Assembly: GCA_965223325.1 (NCBI GenBank)
Contig: CBDCWI010000002.1
Coordinates: forward strand, 1,920,001 to 1,984,000
Length of the DNA stretch: 64,000 nt
Direction of reading: 5' to 3'
DNA from: Candidatus Multivoradales bacterium
GTDB lineage: Bacteria; Acidobacteriota; Thermoanaerobaculia; Multivoradales; Multivoraceae
The position numbers and the translations under genes are program-made. The notes under the pieces are model-generated. The model saw nothing but the letters and a program-made list of their open reading frames with translations. It did no database searches and was not told where the DNA came from. This document shows positions 19,039 to 28,353 of this stretch, one piece after another (position 1 is the first letter of the stretch; every line of letters begins with the position of its first letter).

Positions 19039-20922
19039 CTAACGAGCCGGAGCGGACGCCTCGGGTTCCGCGCCCAGAAGCGCCGGGAAGACGAACTCTG
19101 GCACCAGGTCATGAAGATAGCGCGACCAGATGCGACCCTGGCCGTAGTTACCGGCCGAGAACTGAACGACGAGTTCGAGCTTCGGAACTACGATGACCAG
19201 CTGGCCCCCGTTGCCGCTGGCATAGATCGCCTCGACTTTCGCCGCCCCCTCGGCGGCTCCCGCGACTCTGGGAAGTTCAGTGCGCCACCACGCGTAACCG
19301 TAGTCGTTGGGTTCATTGATGCCAGTCTGAGCGGAAGTCGATTGATCGACCCACTGCTCCGATAGCACCCGCTCGCCGCGCCACATCCCACGATCGAGAA
19401 TCAGCTGACCGAACTTGGCCTGATCTCGCGGCCGCAAGCGAATGCCTCCACCCATGTAACCGTCACCAGCCGGTGTGAGGTTGAAGGCATAGCGCTCGAT
19501 GCCGAGAGGTTTCGCGAGCCATTCGCTGAATGCATCTGGTAACCAGAGGCCGCTAACTCGAGAGAGCGTTGCGGCAGCGAGGTTGATGCTGTTCGAGCAG
19601 TAAATGCCGTCGCCTCCAGGCGCTTTTACCATCGCAAGGCCGAGGCCCCAGGCGACCCAGTCAGGACCGGCGTCATCGCCGTTTTGCATACGGCCCTCAT
19701 TGCCGAGGGAGTCCCCATCGTCGTCGTCGCAGTCGAGGCCGGAACTCATCGAAAGCAGGTGACCCACGTTGAGACGGTTGCGCCACGCCACTCGTTGCGC
19801 GTGCGACGCGGGGGAACGATCGGTCAGCTCGGGCTCCGGCGAGCGCTCTTTCCACACCTCGGTAAGGCGAGTCTTGGCGTCAAAGCGCGGCAAGCGATCG
19901 GCTCCAGCACCGACGAGCATCGAGGCGACACTCTTCCCCGCCGAACGCGTGTCATGGAGATCCATTGGGCCCTGGCCGTAAAACGACTCTTCGAGGACCA
20001 GCTTGCCCTGGCGGGCGATCACCACCGTATGGATGTAGGTACTCGAAGTCGAGGTGACGTCGAGGCGGCGCAGATGTTCGACGAATGCCGCCAGGCGTTG
20101 CGGGTCGAGGCCCACGTCGCGAGCGTGGCCGACCTGCCAGCCGCGGCCAGCGACGCCGGGCGTGGCATGCGGGACCCGATAGCGGTAGGGAGCCTCTTCC
20201 ACGCTCGGCAAGAAGGCCGAGCGAGCCCCGGGGTCGCGACGGAAATCGAGCTCGGTCTCGTAGTCGATCATCAGCATGCGCAGGGTGTCTGTCGCTCGGT
20301 TGTACTCTCCTTTGGCGACGAGATGGTTGGGGTCTCGCCGAAACTCGACGCGGTCACCGTCACGAACGACGCGATCGAACCGCATGCGCGGCCCGAGGTT
20401 ACGTTCAGGATTGCGAATCAGGCCGATGAGCCGACTCGTCCCCGTGCCCGGTGAACGAAGATGAGCGATGTCGAGGTAGAAGCTCAGGCGATCGCCAAGC
20501 GGTTCCACCTGCCCGCGCCACGAACCATCGCGCTGACGGAGCATGACCATGGGTGTCGCATGGGGGTAGGAGAAGCCCGGCGAGGTTGGCTGAATCCAGT
20601 GGCCCTCGATGTTGCCGTGCGCCGTGATGTCACCCCGGAACGACCCGCCGTCGCCCCGCACTGTGAGCCGAACACTACGTTCGTCTGTTTCGTCGATCTC
20701 GTCGATCTCGACTTCCTGACCGTCAAGATGAGCCTGCCAGCCGGCGCCGGAGCGGCTGATATCGAGTTGCCCGCGAACCCCCGATGCGAAGGCGCGTTCT
20801 GCCGACCACAAGCCGACCAGGGGGTCGTCGTCGAAAGCGCGGAGTGCTGGGAGCCACAACGCCGCCACGAGTGCAGTCACAGCCAAGACGAGTCGGCGAC
20901 GAATGACGGAAGAGTTCTTCAT
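19039..20922 (-). CDS. Secreted serine hydrolase (class C beta-lactamase-like family) with an N-terminal extension
   Basis: SxxK (RSAGKS), HLLSMSSG, YCS, ASGNGGQ; signal peptide. Confidence 0.88.
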   Translation of the reverse strand: MKNSSVIRRRLVLAVTALVAALWLPALRAFDDDPLVGLWSAERAFASGVRGQLDISRSGAGWQAHLDGQEVEIDEIDETDERSVRLTVRGDGGSFRGDITAHGNIEGHWIQPTSPGFSYPHATPMVMLRQRDGSWRGQVEPLGDRLSFYLDIAHLRSPGTGTSRLIGLIRNPERNLGPRMRFDRVVRDGDRVEFRRDPNHLVAKGEYNRATDTLRMLMIDYETELDFRRDPGARSAFLPSVEEAPYRYRVPHATPGVAGRGWQVGHARDVGLDPQRLAAFVEHLRRLDVTSTSSTYIHTVVIARQGKLVLEESFYGQGPMDLHDTRSAGKSVASMLVGAGADRLPRFDAKTRLTEVWKERSPEPELTDRSPASHAQRVAWRNRLNVGHLLSMSSGLDCDDDDGDSLGNEGRMQNGDDAGPDWVAWGLGLAMVKAPGGDGIYCSNSINLAAATLSRVSGLWLPDAFSEWLAKPLGIERYAFNLTPAGDGYMGGGIRLRPRDQAKFGQLILDRGMWRGERVLSEQWVDQSTSAQTGINEPNDYGYAWWRTELPRVAGAAEGAAKVEAIYASGNGGQLVIVVPKLELVVQFSAGNYGQGRIWSRYLHDLVPEFVFPALLGAEPEASAPAR

Positions 20923-20924
20923 TC

Positions 20925-21596
20925 TCAGGCCTTTTCAGGTGGATCAGGGTTGGCGCTCAGCCACTCAACCAACGGTTCGACGGCCGACGTCATGTTCTGG
21001 CGCAGGCCGTCGCAGGCCGCCTCGAGATCGCCCTGCTCGAGAGCGTCGAGAATCGCCTCGTGCTCTTCGACGGCGGTGACCGCGCCCTGCCCGGAGCCCA
21101 TATAGGCCATTTCGTAGCGCCGCGTGCGATCGATGAACTGCCGAATCAGGGCGAGCAGAGTACGGCTGGGACAGCGCGCCACCAGGGCCAGATGCCAACG
21201 ATCATCGAGAGCAACGCGCTGTTCGCCGCGCGGTTCTGCCCGCAGTCGTTCATTGAGCGACCGCAGCCGGGCGATATCGCGCTCACTCGGAAGGCCCGAG
21301 AGTCGCAAAGCCTCTGGGTCGAGTAAACGGCGAATGGGATAGATCTCCGACACCTCGTCGACGGAGAGCTCGGTCACGAAGAAGCCCCGCCGAGGAAGCT
21401 GTCGGACGAGGCCTTCTCCGACGAGCTGCGAAAGTGCCTCTCGAATCGGAGTTCGACTCACGCCGAGGCGCTCCGAAAGCCCGACTTCATTGAGCCTGGA
21501 GCCAGGTTCCAGCTGCCCGGCAAGCACTTCTCGTCGCAGTTGATCCTCGACTTCGACGCTGAGGTTGCGACGATTTCCAATTCCCACTCTCTGCAT
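20925..21596 (-). CDS. GntR family (FadR/FCD) transcriptional regulator
   Basis: LNEVGLSERLGVSRTPIREAL winged HTH; FCD residues DDRWH and EEHEAI. Confidence 0.93.
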   Translation of the reverse strand: MQRVGIGNRRNLSVEVEDQLRREVLAGQLEPGSRLNEVGLSERLGVSRTPIREALSQLVGEGLVRQLPRRGFFVTELSVDEVSEIYPIRRLLDPEALRLSGLPSERDIARLRSLNERLRAEPRGEQRVALDDRWHLALVARCPSRTLLALIRQFIDRTRRYEMAYMGSGQGAVTAVEEHEAILDALEQGDLEAACDGLRQNMTSAVEPLVEWLSANPDPPEKA

Positions 21597-21610
21597 ACTG
21601 TATACAGTAT
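21595..21610. promoter_or_regulatory. Perfect 16-bp palindrome ATACTGTATACAGTAT, likely GntR autoregulatory operator
   Basis: AT-rich perfect palindrome overlapping the GntR start codon; TGTATACA core resembles GntR-family boxes. Confidence 0.75.
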
Positions 21611-21763
21611 CAGATTCCTCCCGAAGGCCGGGCGGGAGGTCGGGCTACGTACGCGATCGAAACGGCGGCCTCTACTACTCTGAGCGGCGGGAGCTGCCTC
21701 CCTGGAGTCGCGCGCGGGCTTCGTAACACGCCTGTCTCTCTGTTGGGGCGCGAGGCCGTGGCT

Positions 21764-23404
21764 TCAAGGCTGCGCCGCGAGAACGAACGGTAGCCCCTCA
21801 GCCCCCATCTCCGATTCGAGGGTGGCGATGCCCACGAGGTAGCCCTGCCGTAGATCGGCTTCGAGTCCGATTCGCGTCACGTTGCCACCCTGCCAGGGCG
21901 CAGCAGCCACGAGGCGCCGGCCGTCCCAGCTGACCTTCTCGAGCGGTTGCGACAGGACACCGGATTGCGGCCAGCTCCACGTCGCCCCAAGCCCTCCTCC
22001 GCGTTCTTGCTGCAACTCGAGCGACAGCGGAACCCCCGCGCTGAGGGGGAAGGACATGCGACCACTCCAGCTGCCCGCAGGCACAGCTGCCTCCGCCGAG
22101 GTGGCGATCGCGACCGCCGCATCGAGCACCGGATCGCGGCCGGCCAGATAGTCGTCGAAGGTCGGCTCGATCGTGACGTGGGGCGTGATGAACTCGCGAC
22201 GGTCGGAGGGATGGGACTGCCAATAGAGAGTCGAGATCCGCACTGTGATGCCGCTGTTGGGCAGGCGGACCCGGCGGGCGTCGCCGTGGTGATTGGGCGA
22301 GGAGCCTGTCGGCTCACCGAGGAACAGAGCATTGGAATGCCGTTCGAGATCGATCGCGAACATCATGGCGGCGGAAAAGGTGGTTCGCCCGGTGAGCACC
22401 AAAAGCCTTCCCGGCTCATCGACGAGCTCGCGGCGCAACAGCCCGCGAAGCAGCGACTTGGCGGTGCCGTACCAGCCACCCGGGTTGCGGCGTAGATCGA
22501 TCACCAGGCTGGAACCGGGCTGCCGGTCGAGTTCGGTGAGCAAGCGCGTCGTAAAGCGGTCGAGGGTCTCGCCTTCGGCGCCACCGACCTGGTTGAACTG
22601 GAAGTAGAGAATGTGGTCGTCAAGCCACTCGAACCAGTACGGTTCCTCCGGTCTGTCCGGATAGCGCGGCGCGTCCTCCCTTCGGTCCACTCCGGCGACG
22701 AGCAGAGCGGGGCCGCCCGCCACTTGCGGGCGGAGCACCGCTTGCACGCGTTCGCCTCCCCGCCGCTCGACCACCAGCGGCAGCTCGTTCGCCTGATCGA
22801 CGACTCCGCGAGCTGCGAGCAGCTCGACGAGAACCAGGTGAGTCGGCAGCAGGTCCTGAATCTGGAGCTCGTTGTCTCGGCGCACCGTCGGTGCGACCGC
22901 CGCGATAGCGCCTTCGATGCTCATCTTGCCGAAGCGAACGACACGAGCGCCGAGCAACTCCCGGTGCGCCGGCGCCACCTCGCGGACGTACAGCTCGCCA
23001 CCCAACAGCGACAGCCGAATTGGGAAGGCGCGAAACCGCAGCCCATCGACCTCGGGCGGCGGGGTCGGCGAATGCCCCTGAAAGAACTCCACCTGCTCGT
23101 CGAGCGGTAGCGTCACCCGGCTGTGACCGTCACCGAGCCGCGCCAGGAGGGTCGCCAGCTCAACGACGACCTCATGGTGTTCAAGTGCGGCGAGATCGTC
23201 GCGGATCCGTGCGAGTTCACTGTCGAAGACCGCTTCATCGACTTTGGCAAAAGGCTGAGGATGAATCTCTCGCAGCTGAGCGGCGAGATAGTCGAGATCC
23301 TGCCGCCACCGTTCCTGCCAGTCGAGAGGCACAGCGCCAAGCTGAACCGAGATCAACATCGCGGCCGCGAGAGCCACAAATGACCGCTTTCGCCGTCCGT
23401 TCAA
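21764..23404 (-). CDS. S41-family (tail-specific protease-like) secreted peptidase
   Basis: Signal peptide; LGDGHS, VIDLRRNPGG, TFSAA, GEPTG; TTG start overlaps the upstream stop. Confidence 0.82.
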   Translation of the reverse strand: MNGRRKRSFVALAAAMLISVQLGAVPLDWQERWRQDLDYLAAQLREIHPQPFAKVDEAVFDSELARIRDDLAALEHHEVVVELATLLARLGDGHSRVTLPLDEQVEFFQGHSPTPPPEVDGLRFRAFPIRLSLLGGELYVREVAPAHRELLGARVVRFGKMSIEGAIAAVAPTVRRDNELQIQDLLPTHLVLVELLAARGVVDQANELPLVVERRGGERVQAVLRPQVAGGPALLVAGVDRREDAPRYPDRPEEPYWFEWLDDHILYFQFNQVGGAEGETLDRFTTRLLTELDRQPGSSLVIDLRRNPGGWYGTAKSLLRGLLRRELVDEPGRLLVLTGRTTFSAAMMFAIDLERHSNALFLGEPTGSSPNHHGDARRVRLPNSGITVRISTLYWQSHPSDRREFITPHVTIEPTFDDYLAGRDPVLDAAVAIATSAEAAVPAGSWSGRMSFPLSAGVPLSLELQQERGGGLGATWSWPQSGVLSQPLEKVSWDGRRLVAAAPWQGGNVTRIGLEADLRQGYLVGIATLESEMGAEGLPFVLAAQP

Positions 23405-25077
23405 CGGGCGCCTCCGGAGAGCAGGAGATCGACCACTCCATCGTAGCCGCCGCGCCGGGCGACGCTTAGAGGAGAGCGAGGACCTCCGCGCAGCGGCAGC
23501 CCGCCGGCGTCCTCATAGACCGTCAGGTTGGGATCCGAGCCACTGTCGAGCAGGAAGCGGACGATCTCGAGATGGCCGTGACCCGCCGCCTGGATGAGCG
23601 GAGTCTCATCGCCTTTGACAATGCTGTCGACGTTGGCGCCGCTGGTTACCAGGAACCTGACCGCATCGAGCTGGCCGGCACGGGCAGCCGCGATCAGCGG
23701 GTTACCATCACCCGGCGCGTCGCGGTCGACATCTGCACCGTGATCGAGCAGTAGGCGCATCACGGCGAGATCACCTCGCTCGGCAGCCACCAACAGCGGA
23801 CTGCCGTCTCCACTCGCTACCAGATCGGGGTCGGCTCCCCACTCGAGCAGACGCCTCACCAGCTCACGGTTGCCGCTACGGACGGCCGCAATCAGCAGTG
23901 TGCCGCCACTGTTGTGGAGCATGTCGACGTCGATGACGGCCCTCGGCAGCTGCTCCAGGGTTCTGAGATCGCCACGCTCCGCCGCTTCGATCATCGCCTC
24001 GGCGAGCGCGCTGTCGCGATCGCCGTCCTGCTGACTGGCAGTTACGCGGACCACGCCGAGGGTGAGAGCGAGCGAGGTGGCAGCAACGACCGTGAGACCG
24101 AAAAACCGTTTCGACCGCGAGGCCGTTCTTTGTTGGGTCGAGTCGAGAAGACGGTCGATTCTCCGCGCCAGCCCGGATCGGCTGGCCACCGCGACACTGA
24201 AGACAGGAGGCTCGGACCGAGCGCTAACTTCGCGAACCGTGCGGACCAGCTCCTCGGCGTAGCGCTCACCGCTCGACCCGCCGAGGATTACCTGGTCGTC
24301 GCAAGCTTCTTCAGCGAGCCGCAGGGTTTCTCTGAGTGCGAACCAAACCAAAGGGTTCGCCCAGTGGACCGCACAACACAACCGGCAGAGCATCTGCACC
24401 AACCAGTCCTGCCGGTCCACGTGCGCAAGCTCATGCAGCAGAACATTCCGGCAGCGGTCCTCGCTCCACCTGCTGGCTGTGGTCGGGATCAGAACGAACG
24501 GTTGCAGGAAGCCGCCGGTTGCCGGAAAGGCTGTCTGGTCACTCTCGAGCAACCGGACACGAGTCGAGCTCGACAGCGCACGGTAGGAAGTGCGCCACGG
24601 GCTGTCGGACGGCAGCGGCCGGGCAGACCGAACGGACCGGCGCAGTATCGCCAGTCCGAGAATCCAGCGACCGCTCAGGCCGAGAAAACCGGCTAACCAG
24701 GTCGCGAGGACGACACGCCACGGAGGGGGCGTGACGCGAGGACTCGGCACACCGAGCTGGGCCGGAGTGCTTGCAGTCCTTACCGCAGTCTCGGAACTCT
24801 GCCTGCCGGCCATCTCGACCGGTCGAACCACCACCATTGGCGCCTCCTCAGGCACGTGGCCGAGGGCGCCCACCCAATTGGCGGGAACCGCCACCTCGAG
24901 AGCCGGAAGCGCGATCCTGGCGAGTGGCAGCACCAGCACCGCCAGAAGAGTCGAAGCCAGAAGAGCGTGGCGGATCGCGGCAGACCGGGAGCGGAGAAGT
25001 CGGTTGGCCAACAGAGCGGATCCGACCAAGAGGCACGTCAGCAGCTCGAGGCTGATCCAGGGGGCAAGGGCGCTCAT
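23401..25077 (-). CDS. BlaR1/MecR1-like M56 metallopeptidase with C-terminal ankyrin repeats
   Basis: TM helices, HELAH, WANPLVW, EEACD; about 5-6 ankyrin repeats (GSPLLVAAERGD, GNPLIAAARAGQ, ETPLIQAAGHGH). Confidence 0.92.
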   Translation of the reverse strand: MSALAPWISLELLTCLLVGSALLANRLLRSRSAAIRHALLASTLLAVLVLPLARIALPALEVAVPANWVGALGHVPEEAPMVVVRPVEMAGRQSSETAVRTASTPAQLGVPSPRVTPPPWRVVLATWLAGFLGLSGRWILGLAILRRSVRSARPLPSDSPWRTSYRALSSSTRVRLLESDQTAFPATGGFLQPFVLIPTTASRWSEDRCRNVLLHELAHVDRQDWLVQMLCRLCCAVHWANPLVWFALRETLRLAEEACDDQVILGGSSGERYAEELVRTVREVSARSEPPVFSVAVASRSGLARRIDRLLDSTQQRTASRSKRFFGLTVVAATSLALTLGVVRVTASQQDGDRDSALAEAMIEAAERGDLRTLEQLPRAVIDVDMLHNSGGTLLIAAVRSGNRELVRRLLEWGADPDLVASGDGSPLLVAAERGDLAVMRLLLDHGADVDRDAPGDGNPLIAAARAGQLDAVRFLVTSGANVDSIVKGDETPLIQAAGHGHLEIVRFLLDSGSDPNLTVYEDAGGLPLRGGPRSPLSVARRGGYDGVVDLLLSGGAR

Positions 25078-25478
25078 TTCGTTTTCTTCTCCCTGGTCGT
25101 TCGGATGGTTCTCTCGAGCTCGAGGAGTTCCTCGTCGCTGAGGTCGGAGTTCGTGTGGTCGAGGAGTCCCGCTAGCGCCTCGGAAGCGGAGCCGCGGTAG
25201 AAAACGCGGATGAGCCGAGAGAGTGCGGAGCTTCTTGCCTCCGCCGGTGGGACGGCGATGCTGTAGACAAACCGGAGCCCCTCCTCTCGATGGCAGATGA
25301 GGCCCCGTGCCTCGAGCTTGGCGAGCGTCGAGCGGACGGCGGAGTTCCCTGGTGGGTCGTTCAACCGGGCGCGGACTTCCTCGGCAGTGGCCTCACCGAC
25401 CTCCAGAAGGATGTCCGTGATCTGCCGCTCACGTTTTGAGAGTGGCGCTTCTTCGGGCAGGTGCGGTTTTTCTCGCAT
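25074..25478 (-). CDS. BlaI/MecI/CopY family repressor
   Basis: LSKRERQI, SAVRSTLAKLEARG, FYRGS, LSDEEL; ATGA overlap with the M56 gene. Confidence 0.92.
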   Translation of the reverse strand: MREKPHLPEEAPLSKRERQITDILLEVGEATAEEVRARLNDPPGNSAVRSTLAKLEARGLICHREEGLRFVYSIAVPPAEARSSALSRLIRVFYRGSASEALAGLLDHTNSDLSDEELLELERTIRTTREKKTK

Positions 25479-25514
25479 GCTGCGGTTTTACCCGCAGAAG
25501 CCGTGCCTTGTCAA
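25479..25514 (-). promoter_or_regulatory. sigma70-type promoter (TTGACA-18-TAAAAC) with overlapping CTGCGG-N6-CCGCAG inverted repeat; likely leaderless
   Basis: -35 at 25514-25509, -10 at 25490-25485, ATG 6 nt further on with no SD; inverted repeat 25480-25497. Confidence 0.6.
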
Positions 25515-25693
25515 GCCCGACGATTCCCTCGCGACCCCGACGACGTCCGACCGATTGCGCTCGTGCAGGTATCCATGCCGATCCTGATCGAGATTGGCAA
25601 GGGTCGGAGGCCAGGCATTCTGTCGACCAAACCGAGTCTGAAGATGGATGAAGACGGCGTGCCGGCCAGCGACCCGGGTGTCCCGAGCTCTCC

Positions 25694-26683
25694 TCAGGCG
25701 CTAGGTTCCGGCACTTCCCACCCGTAGTCGACATAGCGCCAGCTGACCTCGTCGGCGAAGAAGTCGAGCATCGCGTAGCCCTCCTCGAAGCCATCGCGAG
25801 GCCCTCCCCACCAGTTTCCGGAAACGGCGCCTACGGTGGCGAACTCGATGCCCTTGTAGTGGAACACCTCGTTGACGTGGAGATGCCCGGCAAGCACCAG
25901 CTTCACCTGGTGCTTCAGAAGAACAGCGATCACCTCGTGCGCATTGACTACCGCAACGCCAGCGGGAATGCCGCCCTCGGTTCCGCGCATTGACTCGTAG
26001 TAGTTCGACAGGATGGGAATGTGGCCCACGACGACCGTAGGCTTCCCGGCCACTGCGAGATCGTCGTCGAGCCACTGCAACTGCTGAGGGTCGACAAAAC
26101 CGCGGTACCCGCGTTCCGCGGTGATCCCGATGGTGTCGAGAGTGACGAAGTGCCAACCCTCGTGGTCGAAGGAGGCGTAGCTCTGCTGGCGGCCGAAGCG
26201 CTCCTTCCAATAACCCTTGCCATAGAGCGGATCAGTCAGTGCGACCTCGCTCTCTGCATGCACGCCAAAACAGTCGTGATTACCGATGGTGTGGTGGATG
26301 GGAACACCCACGGTAGCGGTCGCCTGATCGAAGAGGTCGTACTGGACGTCGGCGAGCGCTTTGTCGGTCTCCATGATGTCGAAGGCCAGGTCACCACCAG
26401 TGATCATCATCTCCGGTGCCCGAGGCTGAGCCAGGGCATGCGCAACGGCCGTTGCGAAGCCGCGCGGGGCGCCAGCCTGGTCACGCACGTGCGGGTCGGT
26501 AAGAAAAGCCACCGAGAAGTCCGGGCTGGCAGCCCGCTGGCGCGCGAGCGAGCCACACCCAAAAGACGAGAGCGCAGCGGCTCCCATCCCTCCAACTCCA
26601 TACCGCAGGAGCCTTCGGCGACTGATCGCCAGGCCGGGAGAGACATGGTTTGTCGAATTCGTTTGCCGCTCCCGGTTCTTCAT
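25694..26683 (-). CDS. Tat-exported calcineurin-like metallophosphoesterase (Icc/CpdA-like)
   Basis: SRRRLLR Tat motif; TDPH, GGDL, GNHD, GHIP, GHLH; GGAGG RBS. Confidence 0.9.
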   Translation of the reverse strand: MKNRERQTNSTNHVSPGLAISRRRLLRYGVGGMGAAALSSFGCGSLARQRAASPDFSVAFLTDPHVRDQAGAPRGFATAVAHALAQPRAPEMMITGGDLAFDIMETDKALADVQYDLFDQATATVGVPIHHTIGNHDCFGVHAESEVALTDPLYGKGYWKERFGRQQSYASFDHEGWHFVTLDTIGITAERGYRGFVDPQQLQWLDDDLAVAGKPTVVVGHIPILSNYYESMRGTEGGIPAGVAVVNAHEVIAVLLKHQVKLVLAGHLHVNEVFHYKGIEFATVGAVSGNWWGGPRDGFEEGYAMLDFFADEVSWRYVDYGWEVPEPSA

Positions 26684-26786
26684 ACCTCCACGCTAGCAGG
26701 GTCGTCGCAACCCGTGCCGGTGCGGTTGATGGCACACCGAGCTGGCAAAGCGAAGCTGGCTTGGAGCGAGCACGTCGCGATGTAGA

Positions 26787-27286
26787 TCAGTCCAGTCGCC
26801 TGGACCGCGAAGCCGACGCTTCCGGAACTAGCGCCCGGCTCAAGTAACGGACCGACTTCCCGCGCTCCGGCAGGTCGGCCTCGCCAAGGACTTCGAATCC
26901 CAGGCGCTCATGAAAGGCGTCGGACCCTGGGTTTGGCGGAACACAGTTCACTTCGCACACCACCCGTTCGTGACCGGCCTTGGCAGCCTGGCGGAGAAGG
27001 TCTTCATAGAGCAGTCGAGCCAGCCCGCGTTTTCGATACTCCAGCGCAACCACGATTCGATCGACGTAGACGAAGCGCTCGTAGCGCGCGTGGAACCAGA
27101 GGAAGTTCGGGCTGCTGTAGCGCGCGCTGTGATCAAGGCGAGCAAGAAGGCACCCGGCCCCGCGACACAAGTCGCCAGGAACGCCTGGTCGATCAGGCTG
27201 GACCACAGAGGGGCGTCGAGGTAGGAGGTCTCATCACGATGCAGATTGTTGAGCGCTCGAAAGGCCTCGAGATCGCTTGGAGACAT
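26787..27286 (-). pseudogene. GNAT acetyltransferase with a frameshift near 27135
   Basis: N-terminal half (MSPSDLEAFRALNN...AFLLA) and C-terminal half (DHSARYSSPNF...YVDRIVV...RKRGLARLLY...FHERLGF) lie in different frames; one base appears to be missing. Confidence 0.8.
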
Positions 27287-27400
27287 CTCTCTAGCCTGTC
27301 GATGGTAGGTCCTGGAGACATGCCTCAGTCTAAAGTGAGCTCGCTGATCGTAGCTCTGACCAAAGCTCCTGCATCCCAGGCCCGGCCCACCCGGTCGTCT

Positions 27401-28291
27401 CTATTCTCCCGCCCCGGCTCGAGGCTGCCGAACAAGCCCCAGGCGCTTGCCCAACATGCGATCGACGATGCGGGTCGGCAGGAGGCGCGGGACGGTCCAG
27501 CTCTTGAACTTGTCGCGGGCCAGAGCGTAGCGCCACTTCGGCGAAGGGTCCGTCAAGGCGGTGTGGACGACCTCGCCGAGGTAGGCGGCCTCGAGACCGT
27601 TGCGGCCGTCCCTCATCATGCCGCGCTCGAGGCGCCGCATGGGTTTCTCAAAAGGCGTCCCGAGACCCGGGGCGTCTTCGACCTCTTCGGCCTTGTCCCA
27701 GATTGGAGTCTTGACACCACCGGGCGCTACGATCACGACGTCGATCCCGTAGAGCTAGAGTTCGCGGCGCAGACTCCCGGAGAGACCTTCGAGGGCGTGC
27801 TTCGACGCCGTATAGGGGCCGAGAAAAGGCCCAGCCATTTTGCCCGCCATCGAGCTGATCTGCACGATGCGGCCGGGCTTGCCCTCGAGGTCGGTGTCCA
27901 TACCCAGCTGCGGAAGAAAGGCCTGAGTCACGGCAAGCACACCAATGAGATTGACCTCGAGCGTCGTGCGCAGTTGATCGAGCGGCAGGTGAGCGAGAGC
28001 GCCAAACGTGGCGACGCCGGCGTTGTTGACCAGGCCGTCGAGTGTGCGCCCGTCGAGCGCTCTCTGCACTGTCTCGGCACCTCGAGCGATCTCATCGGGT
28101 CTCGTGACGTCAAAGAGAAGTGGCGTGAAGCCTTCGCCGAGATCGGCTGTGACCCGCTCGGCGTCGGCTTGTTTGCGCACGCTGCCGAAAACCCTCCAGC
28201 CGGAACGAAGGAGGACGCGGGCGGTCTCGAGGCCGATGCCAGTGGAGGCACCGGTGACGACTGCGGTTTGGAAGGCGCCGGATCGGTTCAT
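27401..28291 (-). pseudogene. SDR oxidoreductase interrupted by an in-frame TAG at 27755-27757
   Basis: TGASTGIG, NNAG, YTASK, then LRREL*LYGIDVVIVAPGGVKTPIW in the same frame. Confidence 0.85.
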
Positions 28292-28353
28292 GATGGCATC
28301 AGCTTACCCAGGGCCAGTTTCCGCTCGGGCGACGCTGTCACCTCTAATGGGAC

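Noticed and set aside
19039-25478. Bona fide beta-lactam resistance locus
   Set aside because: The BlaR-like protein lacks a penicillin-binding domain, and the hydrolase belongs to the broad esterase/amidase group; resistance cannot be inferred
27755-27757. Genome-wide TAG reassignment or pyrrolysine
   Set aside because: TAG ends many complete genes in the window, and an SDR is not a known Pyl context
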